A stretch of 32,000 nucleotides of DNA from Prochlorococcus marinus str. NATL2A. GTDB taxonomy: Bacteria; Cyanobacteriota; Cyanobacteriia; PCC-6307; Cyanobiaceae. Positions 9,379 through 20,829 of this stretch are shown piece by piece (within the stretch, counting starts at the first letter, position 1; each line of letters opens with the position of its first letter). The stretch is from contig NC_007335.2 in assembly GCF_000012465.1 (NCBI RefSeq), positions 1,680,001 through 1,712,000 on the forward strand, read 5' to 3'. The notes beneath the pieces are model-generated. The model was not told the DNA's origin. It was given only the letters and a program-made list of their open reading frames with translations, and ran no database searches. The position numbers were made by a program, and so were the translations under genes.

Positions 9379-10812
9379 TCAATAACGATATTGCTCTGTC
9401 TTGTAGGGACCTTCGATTGGAACATTAATATATTCAGCTTGTTCTTGAGTTAACTTAGTTAACTTTGCTCCAATCTTATCTAGATGAAGAACAGCCACCA
9501 TTTCATCTAAATGTTTGGGCAAGACATAAACTTTGTTCAAATATTTAACGCCATATTTAAATAGTTCAATTTGAGCTAATACTTGATTAGTAAAAGAATT
9601 ACTCATAACAAAACTAGGATGACCAGTGGCACATCCAAGATTAACTAATCTCCCTTCTGCTAGAAGAATAATTTTGTTACCGCTTGGTAAAGTTATGTGA
9701 TCTACTTGGGGTTTAATATTTTCCCATTCATAAGACTTTAAAGAGGAAACCTCTATTTCATTATCAAAATGGCCAATATTACAAACAATCGATTCATTCT
9801 TCATCCTAATCAAATGCTCATGACGAATCACTTGAAAATTTCCAGTGGCAGTAACAAAAATATCTACATCTTCCACAACTTCATTTAATCTCACAACTCT
9901 ATAACCCTCCATTGCGGCTTGAAGAGCACATATTGGATCTATCTCAGCAATCATTACTGTCGCGCCTAAACCCCTTAAAGACTGCGCAGAACCTTTTCCA
10001 ACATCTCCATATCCCATTACAAGGGCTACCTTGCCAGCCACCATGACATCTGTAGCTCTTTTGATCCCATCCACCAAGGACTCTCGGCAACCATAAAGAT
10101 TATCAAACTTACTTTTAGTCACAGAATCATTTACGTTGATTGCTGGGAAAACAAGTTCTCCATTTTTTTCCATTTGATAAAGACGAGCTACACCTGTTGT
10201 GGTTTCCTCAGTAATTCCTTTTATAAAAGATTTAGCTTTTGAATAAAAAGTTGGATCTTGTGAAAGTTTTTTCTTAATGGAAGCAAATAATGCAATTTCC
10301 TCTTCATTTGAAGGGTTATTAAGAACTGAAATATCTTCTTCCGCTTTGCTCCCCAGAATAATCAATCCAGTCGCATCACCACCATCGTCAAGAATCATAT
10401 TTGCAGATTCACCATCTCTCCACTCAAAAATTTTATGCGTATATTCCCAGTATTCATCTAAAGTCTCACCCTTCTTGGCAAATACTGGGACTCCTGAATT
10501 TGCAATAGCTGCAGCAGCATGATCCTGAGTGGAAAAAATATTACATGAAGCCCATCTAACTTTTGCACCAAGTTCAACGAGAGTCTCAATAAGAACTCCT
10601 GTTTGAATAGTCATGTGGAGACTACCTGCTATGAAAGCACCTTTTAAGGGTTTTTGGGATCCATATTTTTTTCTCAGTGCCATTAAACCAGGCATTTCTG
10701 TTTCAGCTATCAAAAGTTCTTTTCGCCCGAATTCTGCTTCCGTTATATCGTTAACGACGTAATCAGTATTATTCTCAATACTGTTGAGATTTGACTTGGT
10801 TGCTGCGAACAT
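9379..10812 (-). CDS. ahcY: Adenosylhomocysteinase (S-adenosyl-L-homocysteine hydrolase)
   Basis: [35 protein letters not shown], the NAD-binding [13 protein letters not shown] and the C-terminal PYKTEQYRY signature. Confidence 0.96.
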   Translation of the reverse strand: MFAATKSNLNSIENNTDYVVNDITEAEFGRKELLIAETEMPGLMALRKKYGSQKPLKGAFIAGSLHMTIQTGVLIETLVELGAKVRWASCNIFSTQDHAAAAIANSGVPVFAKKGETLDEYWEYTHKIFEWRDGESANMILDDGGDATGLIILGSKAEEDISVLNNPSNEEEIALFASIKKKLSQDPTFYSKAKSFIKGITEETTTGVARLYQMEKNGELVFPAINVNDSVTKSKFDNLYGCRESLVDGIKRATDVMVAGKVALVMGYGDVGKGSAQSLRGLGATVMIAEIDPICALQAAMEGYRVVRLNEVVEDVDIFVTATGNFQVIRHEHLIRMKNESIVCNIGHFDNEIEVSSLKSYEWENIKPQVDHITLPSGNKIILLAEGRLVNLGCATGHPSFVMSNSFTNQVLAQIELFKYGVKYLNKVYVLPKHLDEMVAVLHLDKIGAKLTKLTQEQAEYINVPIEGPYKTEQYRY

Positions 10813-10815
10813 AAG

Positions 10816-11361
10816 TTGGACTCTCTATGGGAGATAGTGGAAAAAGATACAGAAAAACAATTCAAGGTTTTTAATTCATTTGCTCAGCAAACCAATAATT
10901 TCTGCTGGACTTTAGATAAACCTGAATCAACGATGTCATTAGGTTCAACATTAACAAAAATATTTCCAGATCTACGCATTCTCCTTTTAAATGGGCCTCT
11001 TGGAGCAGGAAAAACCACATTAGTTAAAGGAATTGCAAAAAGTCTAAAAATTCAAGAGCCCATTACTTCTCCAACTTTTCCTTTATCCCAACATTATCCT
11101 TTGGGATCGCCTCCATTGGTACATCTTGATCTTTACAGGATTGAAGAACAAAATGCGGCAAACGAATTTTTTTTACAAGAGGAAGAGGAATCTAAAGCCA
11201 TTGGTGCATTGATGGTTGTTGAATGGCCAGAAAGGTTATCACTGCCAATGCCTGATGCTTGGAGAGGAAAATTAGAATATTCCTCAGAAAATCAATCCCG
11301 TTTTTTTCAGCTGATTTCTCCTTTAGATAAAGACAATAAATTGTCAATATCATCTAAGTAA
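10816..11361 (+). CDS. tsaE: tRNA t6A37 biosynthesis ATPase TsaE (YjeE family)
   Basis: P-loop [15 protein letters not shown] followed by SPTFPL and HLDLYR motifs. It needs a non-ATG start (TTG 10816 or GTG 10837) to include the conserved region ahead of the P-loop. Confidence 0.85.
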   Translation: MDSLWEIVEKDTEKQFKVFNSFAQQTNNFCWTLDKPESTMSLGSTLTKIFPDLRILLLNGPLGAGKTTLVKGIAKSLKIQEPITSPTFPLSQHYPLGSPPLVHLDLYRIEEQNAANEFFLQEEEESKAIGALMVVEWPERLSLPMPDAWRGKLEYSSENQSRFFQLISPLDKDNKLSISSK

Positions 11362-12323
11362 GGTTGTGGTTCTATCGCTCCTAATCCCTTGCAAACATGA
11401 GAGCCACATGCAATTCCAAATTGAATAATATCTTTAGCACTTTGTTCACTGATTTGATCTAATTCAACAGAGATGAGTTTATAAATTAATCCTGCAGTGA
11501 ATGCATCACCAGCTCCAGTTGTATCAACCACAGAAGAGGGGATAATCGCAAATGATTTGCCAAGGTGATTATTGAGTCGCCATAAAATAGGATTTGATCC
11601 ATCGGTAACTACAACAGATGGTCTTTGCGGAAGAGATGAAGAGATTTCAGTTGGATCAGAACTATTAAAAAACCATTGAGCCTCCTCTTTTGCGAGTTTT
11701 ATTAATGAGACGTTTTTTAAAATTGACAATATTTGATTTTTTTCTTTCACAGAGGGCTCTGAGCCGGTCGAAACTTGGTTTCGCCAAAAAGTTGGACGCC
11801 AATTCAAATCAAGGGCAATCTTTATTCCTGAATGCATAGCATTTTCGATACACCACAAAAAAGCTTTGGATGATATTTCTGAAGCCAAAGGAATTGTTCC
11901 TGCCACTAACCATTGCGCATTTTCCGCAACCAATGGCCAGTCTCGAATAATTTGTTCCAAAGATATGGCTTGATCGGCAAATCCCAAGCCTTTATCACCC
12001 TCAAATCCTTCAAAACATCTTTCTCCATCAGAGTCTCTACGAACCAATACAACTCTTGTTGGACGAAGAGTATCTTGCTGTAATCCAGAGGTATTAATTC
12101 CCCTTTGGATTAATAGATTATTAAAATCCTCTCCAAAAGCATCATTTCCTAAAGAGCCAATAAAAGAGACCTTCGCTCCTAGTCTGCTCAAGGCACAAGC
12201 AACATTAGCTGGAGCGCCACCAAAACAATCTGTTACTGGCAAATCACTAGATGGGTCTCCACCAAGAGGTCCAAGTCGATCTATTAAAGCTTCTCCAATC
12301 GCAATGACACTTCCAGCACGCAT
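11307..12323 (-). CDS. PfkB-family carbohydrate kinase (fructokinase-like)
   Basis: N-terminal GEALID...GGAPANVA and the C-terminal PfkB signature DTTGAGDAFTAGLIY. The 3' end overlaps tsaE convergently by 55 nt. Confidence 0.85.
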   Translation of the reverse strand: MRAGSVIAIGEALIDRLGPLGGDPSSDLPVTDCFGGAPANVACALSRLGAKVSFIGSLGNDAFGEDFNNLLIQRGINTSGLQQDTLRPTRVVLVRRDSDGERCFEGFEGDKGLGFADQAISLEQIIRDWPLVAENAQWLVAGTIPLASEISSKAFLWCIENAMHSGIKIALDLNWRPTFWRNQVSTGSEPSVKEKNQILSILKNVSLIKLAKEEAQWFFNSSDPTEISSSLPQRPSVVVTDGSNPILWRLNNHLGKSFAIIPSSVVDTTGAGDAFTAGLIYKLISVELDQISEQSAKDIIQFGIACGSHVCKGLGAIEPQPYLDDIDNLLSLSKGEIS

Positions 12324-12359
12324 GTCTAATTAATTATTAATAGATTTATTATTGGTGAT

Positions 12360-13514
12360 TTACAGATTTTTATTTCCAATACAAAGATGTTTATGTAATT
12401 CAGAAATAATTTTAGTATTAGCAGCAGGAAAAGGAAAATCAAAAAGTTTGTCGGGAGACACCCAAAGTAATTTTTGACTAGCTAAAGGTTTGGGCTGACC
12501 TGATATCCATGCGCAAATATGAACAGTAAAATTCAGCCTCTTGTGAGTATAAGCGTGTTCAAAAGATAAAAGCTTTTCTCCAACGTTGACAACAATCCCA
12601 AGCTCTTCTTTTAATTCTCGCTCGATAGTTTTCACAATCGATTCGTTGGGAATTTTTTTTCCTCCTGGAAATTCCCACATTCCTCCCATACTTGAGTTTT
12701 CTAATCGCTGATCGATAAGCAATTCACCTTTTTGATTAAAAACAAGCCCAATTCCAATTTCTTGCAGAGGCTTTATTTTGGTCATTTCTTTTTTAGGAAA
12801 ATCTTCAGGATCGTACTTTGTATAAGCAACACAAAAATTTTGTAGTGGGCAAGAAGAACAACTTGGATTTTTGGGAGTACAAATAATTGCCCCTAAATCC
12901 ATCAAAGCCTGATTGAAATCCCTTGGACTTTGCCTTTCAATCAATAACGAGCTGAATTCCCATAATTTTCTCTCATCTCTAATAGATTTTCTTTCAATGG
13001 CTAGCAATCTAGACAAAATTCTTTTTACATTCCCATCCAATATTGGCGTTGGCAGGTCAAATGCAGATGAGATGATGCTACCTGCAGTACTTCTACCGAT
13101 ACCAGGAAGAGACATCCACTTATCTATTTGATTAGGCCAAGAATCTGGATCTTGATCTCTATTTTTGCCAACAAATTCAACTAATATTTTAGATGATTGA
13201 TGAATTCGTTTCGCACGTGAATAGTAACCAAGACCTTGCCATATCATAAGAAGATTCTCCAAATCAGCCTCTGCTAAATACGACAAGGTAGGAAAACACT
13301 TCATCCATTTTTTCCAGTAAGGAATAACGACCTTCAACTGAGTCTGCTGAAGCATGACCTCTGCAATCCAAATTCCATAAGGAGATATACTTTCACCTGA
13401 TCGAGGAACGGAACCATCTTTCTTTAATTTCCATGGTATCCAGTATCTACCATTTTCCCTAAACCATTCCAGAAGTGAATTTTGGATATCTTGAGGAGAA
13501 TCAAAAATGCCCAT
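12360..13514 (-). CDS. mutY: A/G-specific adenine DNA glycosylase MutY
   Basis: HhH-GPD motif LPGIGRSTAGSIISSAF, a 4Fe-4S loop C-x6-C-x2-C-x5-C (CTPKNPSCSSCPLQNFC) and a C-terminal NUDIX-like domain (GGMWEFPGGK...ELKEELG). I prefer ATG 13514. The track uses the TTG one codon upstream (13517). Confidence 0.9.
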   Translation of the reverse strand: MGIFDSPQDIQNSLLEWFRENGRYWIPWKLKKDGSVPRSGESISPYGIWIAEVMLQQTQLKVVIPYWKKWMKCFPTLSYLAEADLENLLMIWQGLGYYSRAKRIHQSSKILVEFVGKNRDQDPDSWPNQIDKWMSLPGIGRSTAGSIISSAFDLPTPILDGNVKRILSRLLAIERKSIRDERKLWEFSSLLIERQSPRDFNQALMDLGAIICTPKNPSCSSCPLQNFCVAYTKYDPEDFPKKEMTKIKPLQEIGIGLVFNQKGELLIDQRLENSSMGGMWEFPGGKKIPNESIVKTIERELKEELGIVVNVGEKLLSFEHAYTHKRLNFTVHICAWISGQPKPLASQKLLWVSPDKLFDFPFPAANTKIISELHKHLCIGNKNL

Positions 13515-13691
13515 CAAAATAAATCAAAATTGAAAAAATGTTCTTTCACAATATCATTTTTTTGATAATTTTATCGACTCAAATTAATACTTTTTGAATA
13601 GCTAATACATCGAATAATATGAAAAACAAAACTATTCACTTTACGAAAGATATATCTTTAAGTAAAAATAATTTCATCCTTCTCTAAAAAT

Positions 13692-14591
13692 ATGAAGCAA
13701 TTCTGGAATTGGAAAAATTATCAAATTGCATGGCAAGTAGAAGAAACAAGTAATGATTCAGGAATCGCTATAGTATTAATTCATGGTTTTGGAGCATGTA
13801 AAGAGCATTGGAGATTCAATCAAAAAACTATTAGCTCAATTGCACCATGCTATGCATTAGATTTAATAGGTTTTGGAGACAGCAGTAAGCCAAATTCACA
13901 GATTCCATATGAAAAGAAAACCTATCAGAATTTCAATTATTGTTTTGATAATTGGAGTCAGCTAGTTTATGATTTTTGTAACGAAATAGTTAAAAAACCT
14001 GTCTTATTAATTGGAAATTCGATTGGGGGAGTTATTGCATTAAATACATCGAAAAAATTATCTCAAAAAGCCTTAGGGGTCATATTAATTGATTGTGCTC
14101 AAAGGACAATGGATGATAAACGCCTAGCTGAACAATCGTTATTAATGAGATTTTTAAGACCAGTGATTAAAACTTTTGTAAGACAAAGACTTTTAAGTTC
14201 CAACATTTTTAACATCGCAGCACAACCAAAATTTATTGCGAAAATTTTAAAAGTAGCTTATCCAAGTCGAAATAATGTTGATGAAGAGTTAATAGACACA
14301 CTCTTCAAGCCAACCCAAAGCAAAGGAGCTCCGGAGGCTTTTAGAGGATTTATTAACCTATTTGATGATTATCTAGCACCAAATTTACTAAAGGAAATGA
14401 ATACTTCAGTTCACTTAATTTGGGGAGAAAAAGATCCTTGGGAACCTGTGAAAGAAGCTCAAAAATGGTTTAAAACTTTTGAATGTATAAAATCTTTAGA
14501 TGTTATTTCAGACGCAGGACATTGTCCCCATGATGAAATGCCAGAAAAAGTTAATCCTATTCTTATAAAGATAATTCAAGAAGCCATATAA
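13692..14591 (+). CDS. Alpha/beta-fold hydrolase
   Basis: Oxyanion HGFG, nucleophile elbow GNSIGG and a C-terminal DAGHCPHDE (catalytic His). The substrate cannot be determined from the sequence. Confidence 0.8.
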   Translation: MKQFWNWKNYQIAWQVEETSNDSGIAIVLIHGFGACKEHWRFNQKTISSIAPCYALDLIGFGDSSKPNSQIPYEKKTYQNFNYCFDNWSQLVYDFCNEIVKKPVLLIGNSIGGVIALNTSKKLSQKALGVILIDCAQRTMDDKRLAEQSLLMRFLRPVIKTFVRQRLLSSNIFNIAAQPKFIAKILKVAYPSRNNVDEELIDTLFKPTQSKGAPEAFRGFINLFDDYLAPNLLKEMNTSVHLIWGEKDPWEPVKEAQKWFKTFECIKSLDVISDAGHCPHDEMPEKVNPILIKIIQEAI

Positions 14592-15583
14592 GCTTCAACT
14601 GAGTCTCCGGTTTTTCTTAAACCTCGCAAACCGTCTCTTTCTAAATTTCTTACTCTATCTCTACTAATACCCAAAACTCTTCCAATACCAGTAAGACTCA
14701 TCGGATCATCACCATCTATACCGTATCTCATTCTTAAAACACGATTTTGTAATTCGGGTAATTGTTCGAGTAATGTTTCTAAATCACCCTTCATGCAATC
14801 ACTTTCAATTTGTTCGGAGGGCATATCAATTTCGTTAGATAATAAGTCTAATAAAATAGTATCTTCACCATCGCCAATTTTTGTTTCTAAGCTAACTGGC
14901 TGCCCAGCTCTACTCATTAAATCTTTAACGTCAGTCTCTGGCAACTCAACATACTCAGATAGTTCTTTCAAGGTTGGAGTTCTAGAAAGTTCTTGACTTA
15001 ATTCTCGTTGACCTTTTTTCAACTTGTTTAGCATTTCAGTTATGTGTATAGGCAGTCTTATAGATCTACTTTTTTCAGCAATTGCGCGTGTGATGCCTTG
15101 ACGTATCCACCAGTAGGCATAGGTTGAAAACTTGTATCCACGAGTAGGATCAAATTTTTCAACTCCCCGAACTAAGCCGATAGTTCCTTCTTGAATTAAA
15201 TCTAATAATTCCATATTTCTTTTTGTGTATTTCTTAGCAACACTTACTACCAAACGAAGATTGGCTGCAACCATTCTCTCTTTTGCTCTTCTTCCGCTCT
15301 TTAACTTCTTTTTTAATTGGATCGGAGAGATTCCAGCTTTGTCAGCGAAAAAGTTGATGTCTGGCTTTTCCCCTAAATCGCTCTCGAGTTCGGTCTCAAG
15401 ATTTTCAAGGGAAACAAGATCTTGAACTTGTCTTCCCAAAGTAATTTCCTGCTCGTGTGACAGCAAAGGGACTCTTCCAATATCTCTTAAGTAAGAACGA
15501 ACTAAGTCAATATCCGTAACGGATCTTGCAGAAGCAGCGGAAGATGAATTCTTAGTCTTAGGAGCCTCTACTGCCGTTGTCAT
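14576..15583 (-). CDS. RNA polymerase sigma-70 factor, group 2 (RpoD-like)
   Basis: Region 1.2 (VRSYLRDIGRVPLLSHEQE), regions 2.1-2.4 (NLRLVVSVAKKY, DLIQEGTIGLVRGVEKFDPTRGYKFSTYAYWWIRQGITRAI), region 3 and the region 4.2 HTH (LTGIGRVLGISRDRVRNLE). At 335 aa it is too short for the principal SigA. Confidence 0.93.
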   Translation of the reverse strand: MTTAVEAPKTKNSSSAASARSVTDIDLVRSYLRDIGRVPLLSHEQEITLGRQVQDLVSLENLETELESDLGEKPDINFFADKAGISPIQLKKKLKSGRRAKERMVAANLRLVVSVAKKYTKRNMELLDLIQEGTIGLVRGVEKFDPTRGYKFSTYAYWWIRQGITRAIAEKSRSIRLPIHITEMLNKLKKGQRELSQELSRTPTLKELSEYVELPETDVKDLMSRAGQPVSLETKIGDGEDTILLDLLSNEIDMPSEQIESDCMKGDLETLLEQLPELQNRVLRMRYGIDGDDPMSLTGIGRVLGISRDRVRNLERDGLRGLRKTGDSVEAYMAS

Positions 15584-15597
15584 AGGTTTGTTGAGTT

Positions 15598-15627
15598 TTG
15601 TAAAGCTTACTACTAAGAATTGTAAAG
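15598..15627. promoter_or_regulatory. Direct repeat TTGTAAAG x2 (22-nt periodicity) overlapping a GTA-N8-TAC motif, 15-44 nt upstream of the sigma-factor ATG
   Basis: TTGTAAAG occurs at 15598-15605 and 15620-15627, which reads CTTTACAA on the gene strand. GTAaagcttacTAC lies at 15600-15613. This is sequence observation only and the function is speculative. Confidence 0.25.
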
Positions 15628-15683
15628 ATCAAATAAGAATAGCTCGGCTTCCCACACTTTGAGTAAAAACACTCATTCGACTT

Positions 15684-17093
15684 CTACCCCAATCTTCCTA
15701 GGAGCCAAGAAGCAGTTTTCAAATAAATCAGTACCCCTGCAACATCTGTGGCAGTAGTAATAAAAGGTGCAGACATTAAAGCGGGGTCTAAGCCCATACG
15801 ATCAAAAAGCAAAGGTAATGAAGCTCCTGCGGTAGCAGCAAGAGTTGTAATAGCAATCAAGCTTATTCCTACAGCAGTTGCAACTAAAGGTCCCTGTCCT
15901 TGCCACCAAGCAAAAGGTACGACAAAAACAGCCATCGAAACTCCCAGCAAGGCTCCTGCTAAAGCTTCTTTTGCAATAGCCCTAAATAGACCAAGTCGTT
16001 GTATTCGTTGAGTACTCAAACCTCGAATAACAACCGTTGAGCTTTGAGCCCCAACATTCCCTCCTGCGCCAATCAATAAAGGAATGAAAGCAGTCAACAA
16101 AACCACTTGCTTCAAAACCTCGTCATTCATTGCAATCACTTGAGTTGTTAATCCATTTGCGAGGACCAAAACGGCAAGCCAGACAATACGCCGTCTGGCT
16201 ACAACGAATAAATTGCTTTGGAAGTAATCATCTTCATCACCAGCTTGAACCGCTCCAGCTGCATAAATGTCCCTAGTCGCCTCTTGCTCAATAACATCAA
16301 TTACATCATCAACAGTGACAATTCCTACTAGTCTTTTCTCAAGATCTACCACCGGTAAAGCTAAAAAATCATATCTTTGAATTGCTCTTGCAACCTCTTC
16401 TTGATCAGTATCGGTTCTGACATTTACAACCTCTCTTGTCATCACTTCTCCAATAAGTGATTCAGGATCAGCAACTACTAAATCCCTTAAAGATAAAATT
16501 CCAGTCAGATGCCTCTCTTTATCAGTCACATAAAGGCTGTAAATGGTTTCTGAAAAAGTAGCTCTTTGTCTGACTAGTTTTAAAGCTTGTGAAACGCTAA
16601 GAAATTCTTTGAGATCTATAAATTCTGTTGTCATTAATCTGCCAGCCGTTTCAGACTCATACCCCAACAGCTGAGCAGTTACTCGTCTTTCTTCGGGACT
16701 AAGCTCTGCAAGTAAACGCCTTACAACTTTTGCAGGCAACTCATCAAATAGTCGAACACGATCATCGGGTGACATTTCTTCAACTAAATCGAGTACTTCG
16801 TTTGACCTCAAACGATCTAAAAGATTTTGTTGTACTGAAGGATCTAAATATTCGTAAACCTCAATTGCTTCGTTTTTATTCAAAAGCCTAAAAGCCAAGG
16901 CTTGCAAAATCATCGGCAAAGTTCCAATAGCCTGAGCTATATCAACAGGCTGCACAGGGCTGAGAAGTAATTTGACGCCATCGTAATTTCCCGCTGAAAG
17001 CATTGCCTCTAGTTGCTGAGCAACTGCCTCAGCAACCAAACTGCCATTAGCCAAGGATTGAGTCTCACGAGATGCCCCTATTTCTTCGTTCAT
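15684..17093 (-). CDS. mgtE: Magnesium transporter MgtE
   Basis: MgtE_N helical domain, tandem CBS domains (...VVDLEKRLVGIVTVDDVIDVI) and a C-terminal 5-TM domain with GAGGNVGAQSS and PFITTATDVAGVLIYL. Confidence 0.93.
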   Translation of the reverse strand: MNEEIGASRETQSLANGSLVAEAVAQQLEAMLSAGNYDGVKLLLSPVQPVDIAQAIGTLPMILQALAFRLLNKNEAIEVYEYLDPSVQQNLLDRLRSNEVLDLVEEMSPDDRVRLFDELPAKVVRRLLAELSPEERRVTAQLLGYESETAGRLMTTEFIDLKEFLSVSQALKLVRQRATFSETIYSLYVTDKERHLTGILSLRDLVVADPESLIGEVMTREVVNVRTDTDQEEVARAIQRYDFLALPVVDLEKRLVGIVTVDDVIDVIEQEATRDIYAAGAVQAGDEDDYFQSNLFVVARRRIVWLAVLVLANGLTTQVIAMNDEVLKQVVLLTAFIPLLIGAGGNVGAQSSTVVIRGLSTQRIQRLGLFRAIAKEALAGALLGVSMAVFVVPFAWWQGQGPLVATAVGISLIAITTLAATAGASLPLLFDRMGLDPALMSAPFITTATDVAGVLIYLKTASWLLGRLG

Positions 17094-17156
17094 ATTTGGA
17101 GCAGCAAGCCATTATTATTTTATGGCTAACTCCAGTTTTTTATCACTTCCATATCC

Positions 17157-17633
17157 ATGTCCGTAAATATCAGCAAAGTGGAGGTCTTCTCTTTTAAAAA
17201 TCAGAAAATAACTTTTGATCATTACAAAGGAAATGTCTTATTAATTGTCAATGTCGCAAGCAAGTGCGGATTTACTAAGCAATATAAAGCTCTTCAGTAT
17301 CTTCAGGATAAATATGAATCCAAAGGCTTCAAAGTTTTAGGCTTTCCTTGCAATGACTTTGGAAACCAAGAGCCTGGGCAATTGGAAGAAATAAAAGAGT
17401 TCTGTTCAACAACTTATGGAGTCAATTTCCAACTTTTCCAAAAAGTTCATGCCAAAGGCAAAACAACAGAACCATTTACTACCTTGAATCAAGTAAGTCC
17501 ATCTGGAGACGTTGAATGGAACTTTGAGAAATTTCTCATTAATACTGAGGGAGATGCGGTCGCAAGATTTAAAAGTTCAATAGAACCTGACAGTCCTGAA
17601 GTCACACAAGCAATAGAAAAATTACTCGATTAA
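17157..17633 (+). CDS. Glutathione peroxidase family protein (Cys-type)
   Basis: Motifs NVASKCGFT, LGFPCNDFGNQEPG and WNFEKFLI. The active-site residue is encoded by TGC (17265-17267), not TGA. Confidence 0.92.
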   Translation: MSVNISKVEVFSFKNQKITFDHYKGNVLLIVNVASKCGFTKQYKALQYLQDKYESKGFKVLGFPCNDFGNQEPGQLEEIKEFCSTTYGVNFQLFQKVHAKGKTTEPFTTLNQVSPSGDVEWNFEKFLINTEGDAVARFKSSIEPDSPEVTQAIEKLLD

Positions 17634-17974
17634 GCATTTAATCTCTTTGCAAAGATGTGGCCTAAAGCAATAGACAAAACTCCCATAAGTACAATTGAAA
17701 GTGAGTTCAGTAAAAATAATTTATACAGGCCTTGATTTAGTAACTTATATAAGTGAGACATCCAGCTACTAAAGGTAGTCATAGAGCCACAAAGTCCAAC
17801 ACAAAGAGTTAATTTATATCTTTTTAAAATATTTAATGAATTAAAAAATCCTAATAAAAAGCAACCAATTAAATTGACTATAAAAATTTCATCAATTTGC
17901 CATCGAAATAAAGCTCCAAGAAATGCTCCTAAAGATATTAAGAAAAATGTATTGTTTTTAATATCTATACCCAT
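17630..17974 (-). CDS. crcB: Fluoride channel Fluc/CrcB, second of a tandem pair
   Basis: 114 aa with 4 TM and the conserved GSMTTFSSW motif. The ATG directly abuts the stop of the upstream crcB. Confidence 0.85.
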   Translation of the reverse strand: MGIDIKNNTFFLISLGAFLGALFRWQIDEIFIVNLIGCFLLGFFNSLNILKRYKLTLCVGLCGSMTTFSSWMSHLYKLLNQGLYKLFLLNSLSIVLMGVLSIALGHIFAKRLNA

Positions 17975-18349
17975 CTATTGAGTACCTAAGAACAATCCAA
18001 ATGCAAAAGCAATGATTCCTATACTCACAGAAATAATAAATAACTTTAAAGCTCTAAAAAGTTCCAATTGCAAACATAAATCAAACAGATCATAAACAAA
18101 TGAAGAAAAAGTACTGAGGCTTCCAAAAAAACCAATTGAAAAGAATAATATTAATTGGTAAGAATAAGTAAAAGCTCTAAATTGCTCTACAAGTGAAAGG
18201 AATAAACCAAGGCCAAAAGAAGCAAAAGTATTAATTATTAGAATTAAAAAACCTTTGTCTAAATTTAAGTTTCCTAATTTATGATGAATTTGAAATCGAA
18301 TATTAGCCCCTAAAATTGCACCAATAGAAACAAATAAAATATCAGACAT
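17975..18349 (-). CDS. crcB: Fluoride channel Fluc/CrcB, first of a tandem pair
   Basis: 124 aa with 4 TM, N-terminal GAILGANIRF and a GSLSTFSSF motif. Confidence 0.85.
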   Translation of the reverse strand: MSDILFVSIGAILGANIRFQIHHKLGNLNLDKGFLILIINTFASFGLGLFLSLVEQFRAFTYSYQLILFFSIGFFGSLSTFSSFVYDLFDLCLQLELFRALKLFIISVSIGIIAFAFGLFLGTQ

Positions 18350-18361
18350 ATATCATATTAC

Positions 18362-18690
18362 TCAAATTTCCACCCATCCTCTTCTATAAAACAACTGATC
18401 AAAGTTATGACATAAAACACTAACTAATAACCAATTTTTGCTCTCATTACTTTCCCATACTTGAATAACTTTAACTGGTGTTCCTGCTTTAACCTTAGTT
18501 AAAGTAGATGAATTATTAGAGGCTGAGGTAAGCAAATTAAAATCTTTTAATGCAATTATTGGTGATCCAATATTATTTTTTCTATGCTGAATAATTGATT
18601 CTTGGGCACCCCCAGCAGGTAATGTAGTAGGGGCTACCAAACCAATACATAAAAGCCATGTCCAGACAATAAAAGTACTAATTATATTCA

Positions 18691-18691
<1 letters not shown>
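18362..18691 (-). CDS. Hypothetical exported protein (signal-like N-terminus; possibly an SH3b-like beta domain)
   Basis: ATG at 18691 shares one nucleotide with the gyrB stop (TGATG). Hydrophobic N-terminus (IISTFIVWTWLLCIGLVAP). The C-terminal part (LTKVKAGTPVKVIQVWESNESKNWLLVSV...RGWVEI) resembles bacterial SH3 sequences only weakly. Confidence 0.55.
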
Positions 18692-20700
<2,009 letters not shown>

Positions 20701-20829
20701 TTAGCCGAAACCTTTCCCCAAATTTCAATTTAACATTGGTATCAAGGAAAGTCTTAGGAAAAATTTAAAACCAAATTAAAAAATTTAATTTCATGCAATT
20801 ACTGCTAATAAAACCCCTGAAAGACAATC

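Noticed and set aside
15600-15613. GTAaagcttacTAC as a bona fide NtcA activator site
   Set aside because: The motif core is only 6 specified bases, so it is expected several times per 32 kb by chance. It is also only 17 nt from the ATG, whereas activating NtcA sites are centred near -41.5 from the TSS. It is kept only as part of a low-confidence regulatory observation.
15748-16011. 87-aa ORF antisense to the mgtE membrane domain
   Set aside because: Its Ala/Lys/Pro-rich product is the reverse-complement shadow of a Gly/Ala/Leu-rich TM region, and there is no independent support.
17265-17267. Possible selenocysteine (TGA recoding) in the glutathione peroxidase
   Set aside because: The active-site codon is TGC (Cys) and the ORF is uninterrupted, so there is no recoding.
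18350-18361. Fluoride riboswitch expected upstream of crcB
   Set aside because: Only 12 nt separate crcB-1 from the preceding ORF. The 5' region of gyrB (20659-20790, minus strand) shows nothing resembling the conserved riboswitch core as I remember it. This needs a covariance-model scan to be definitive.
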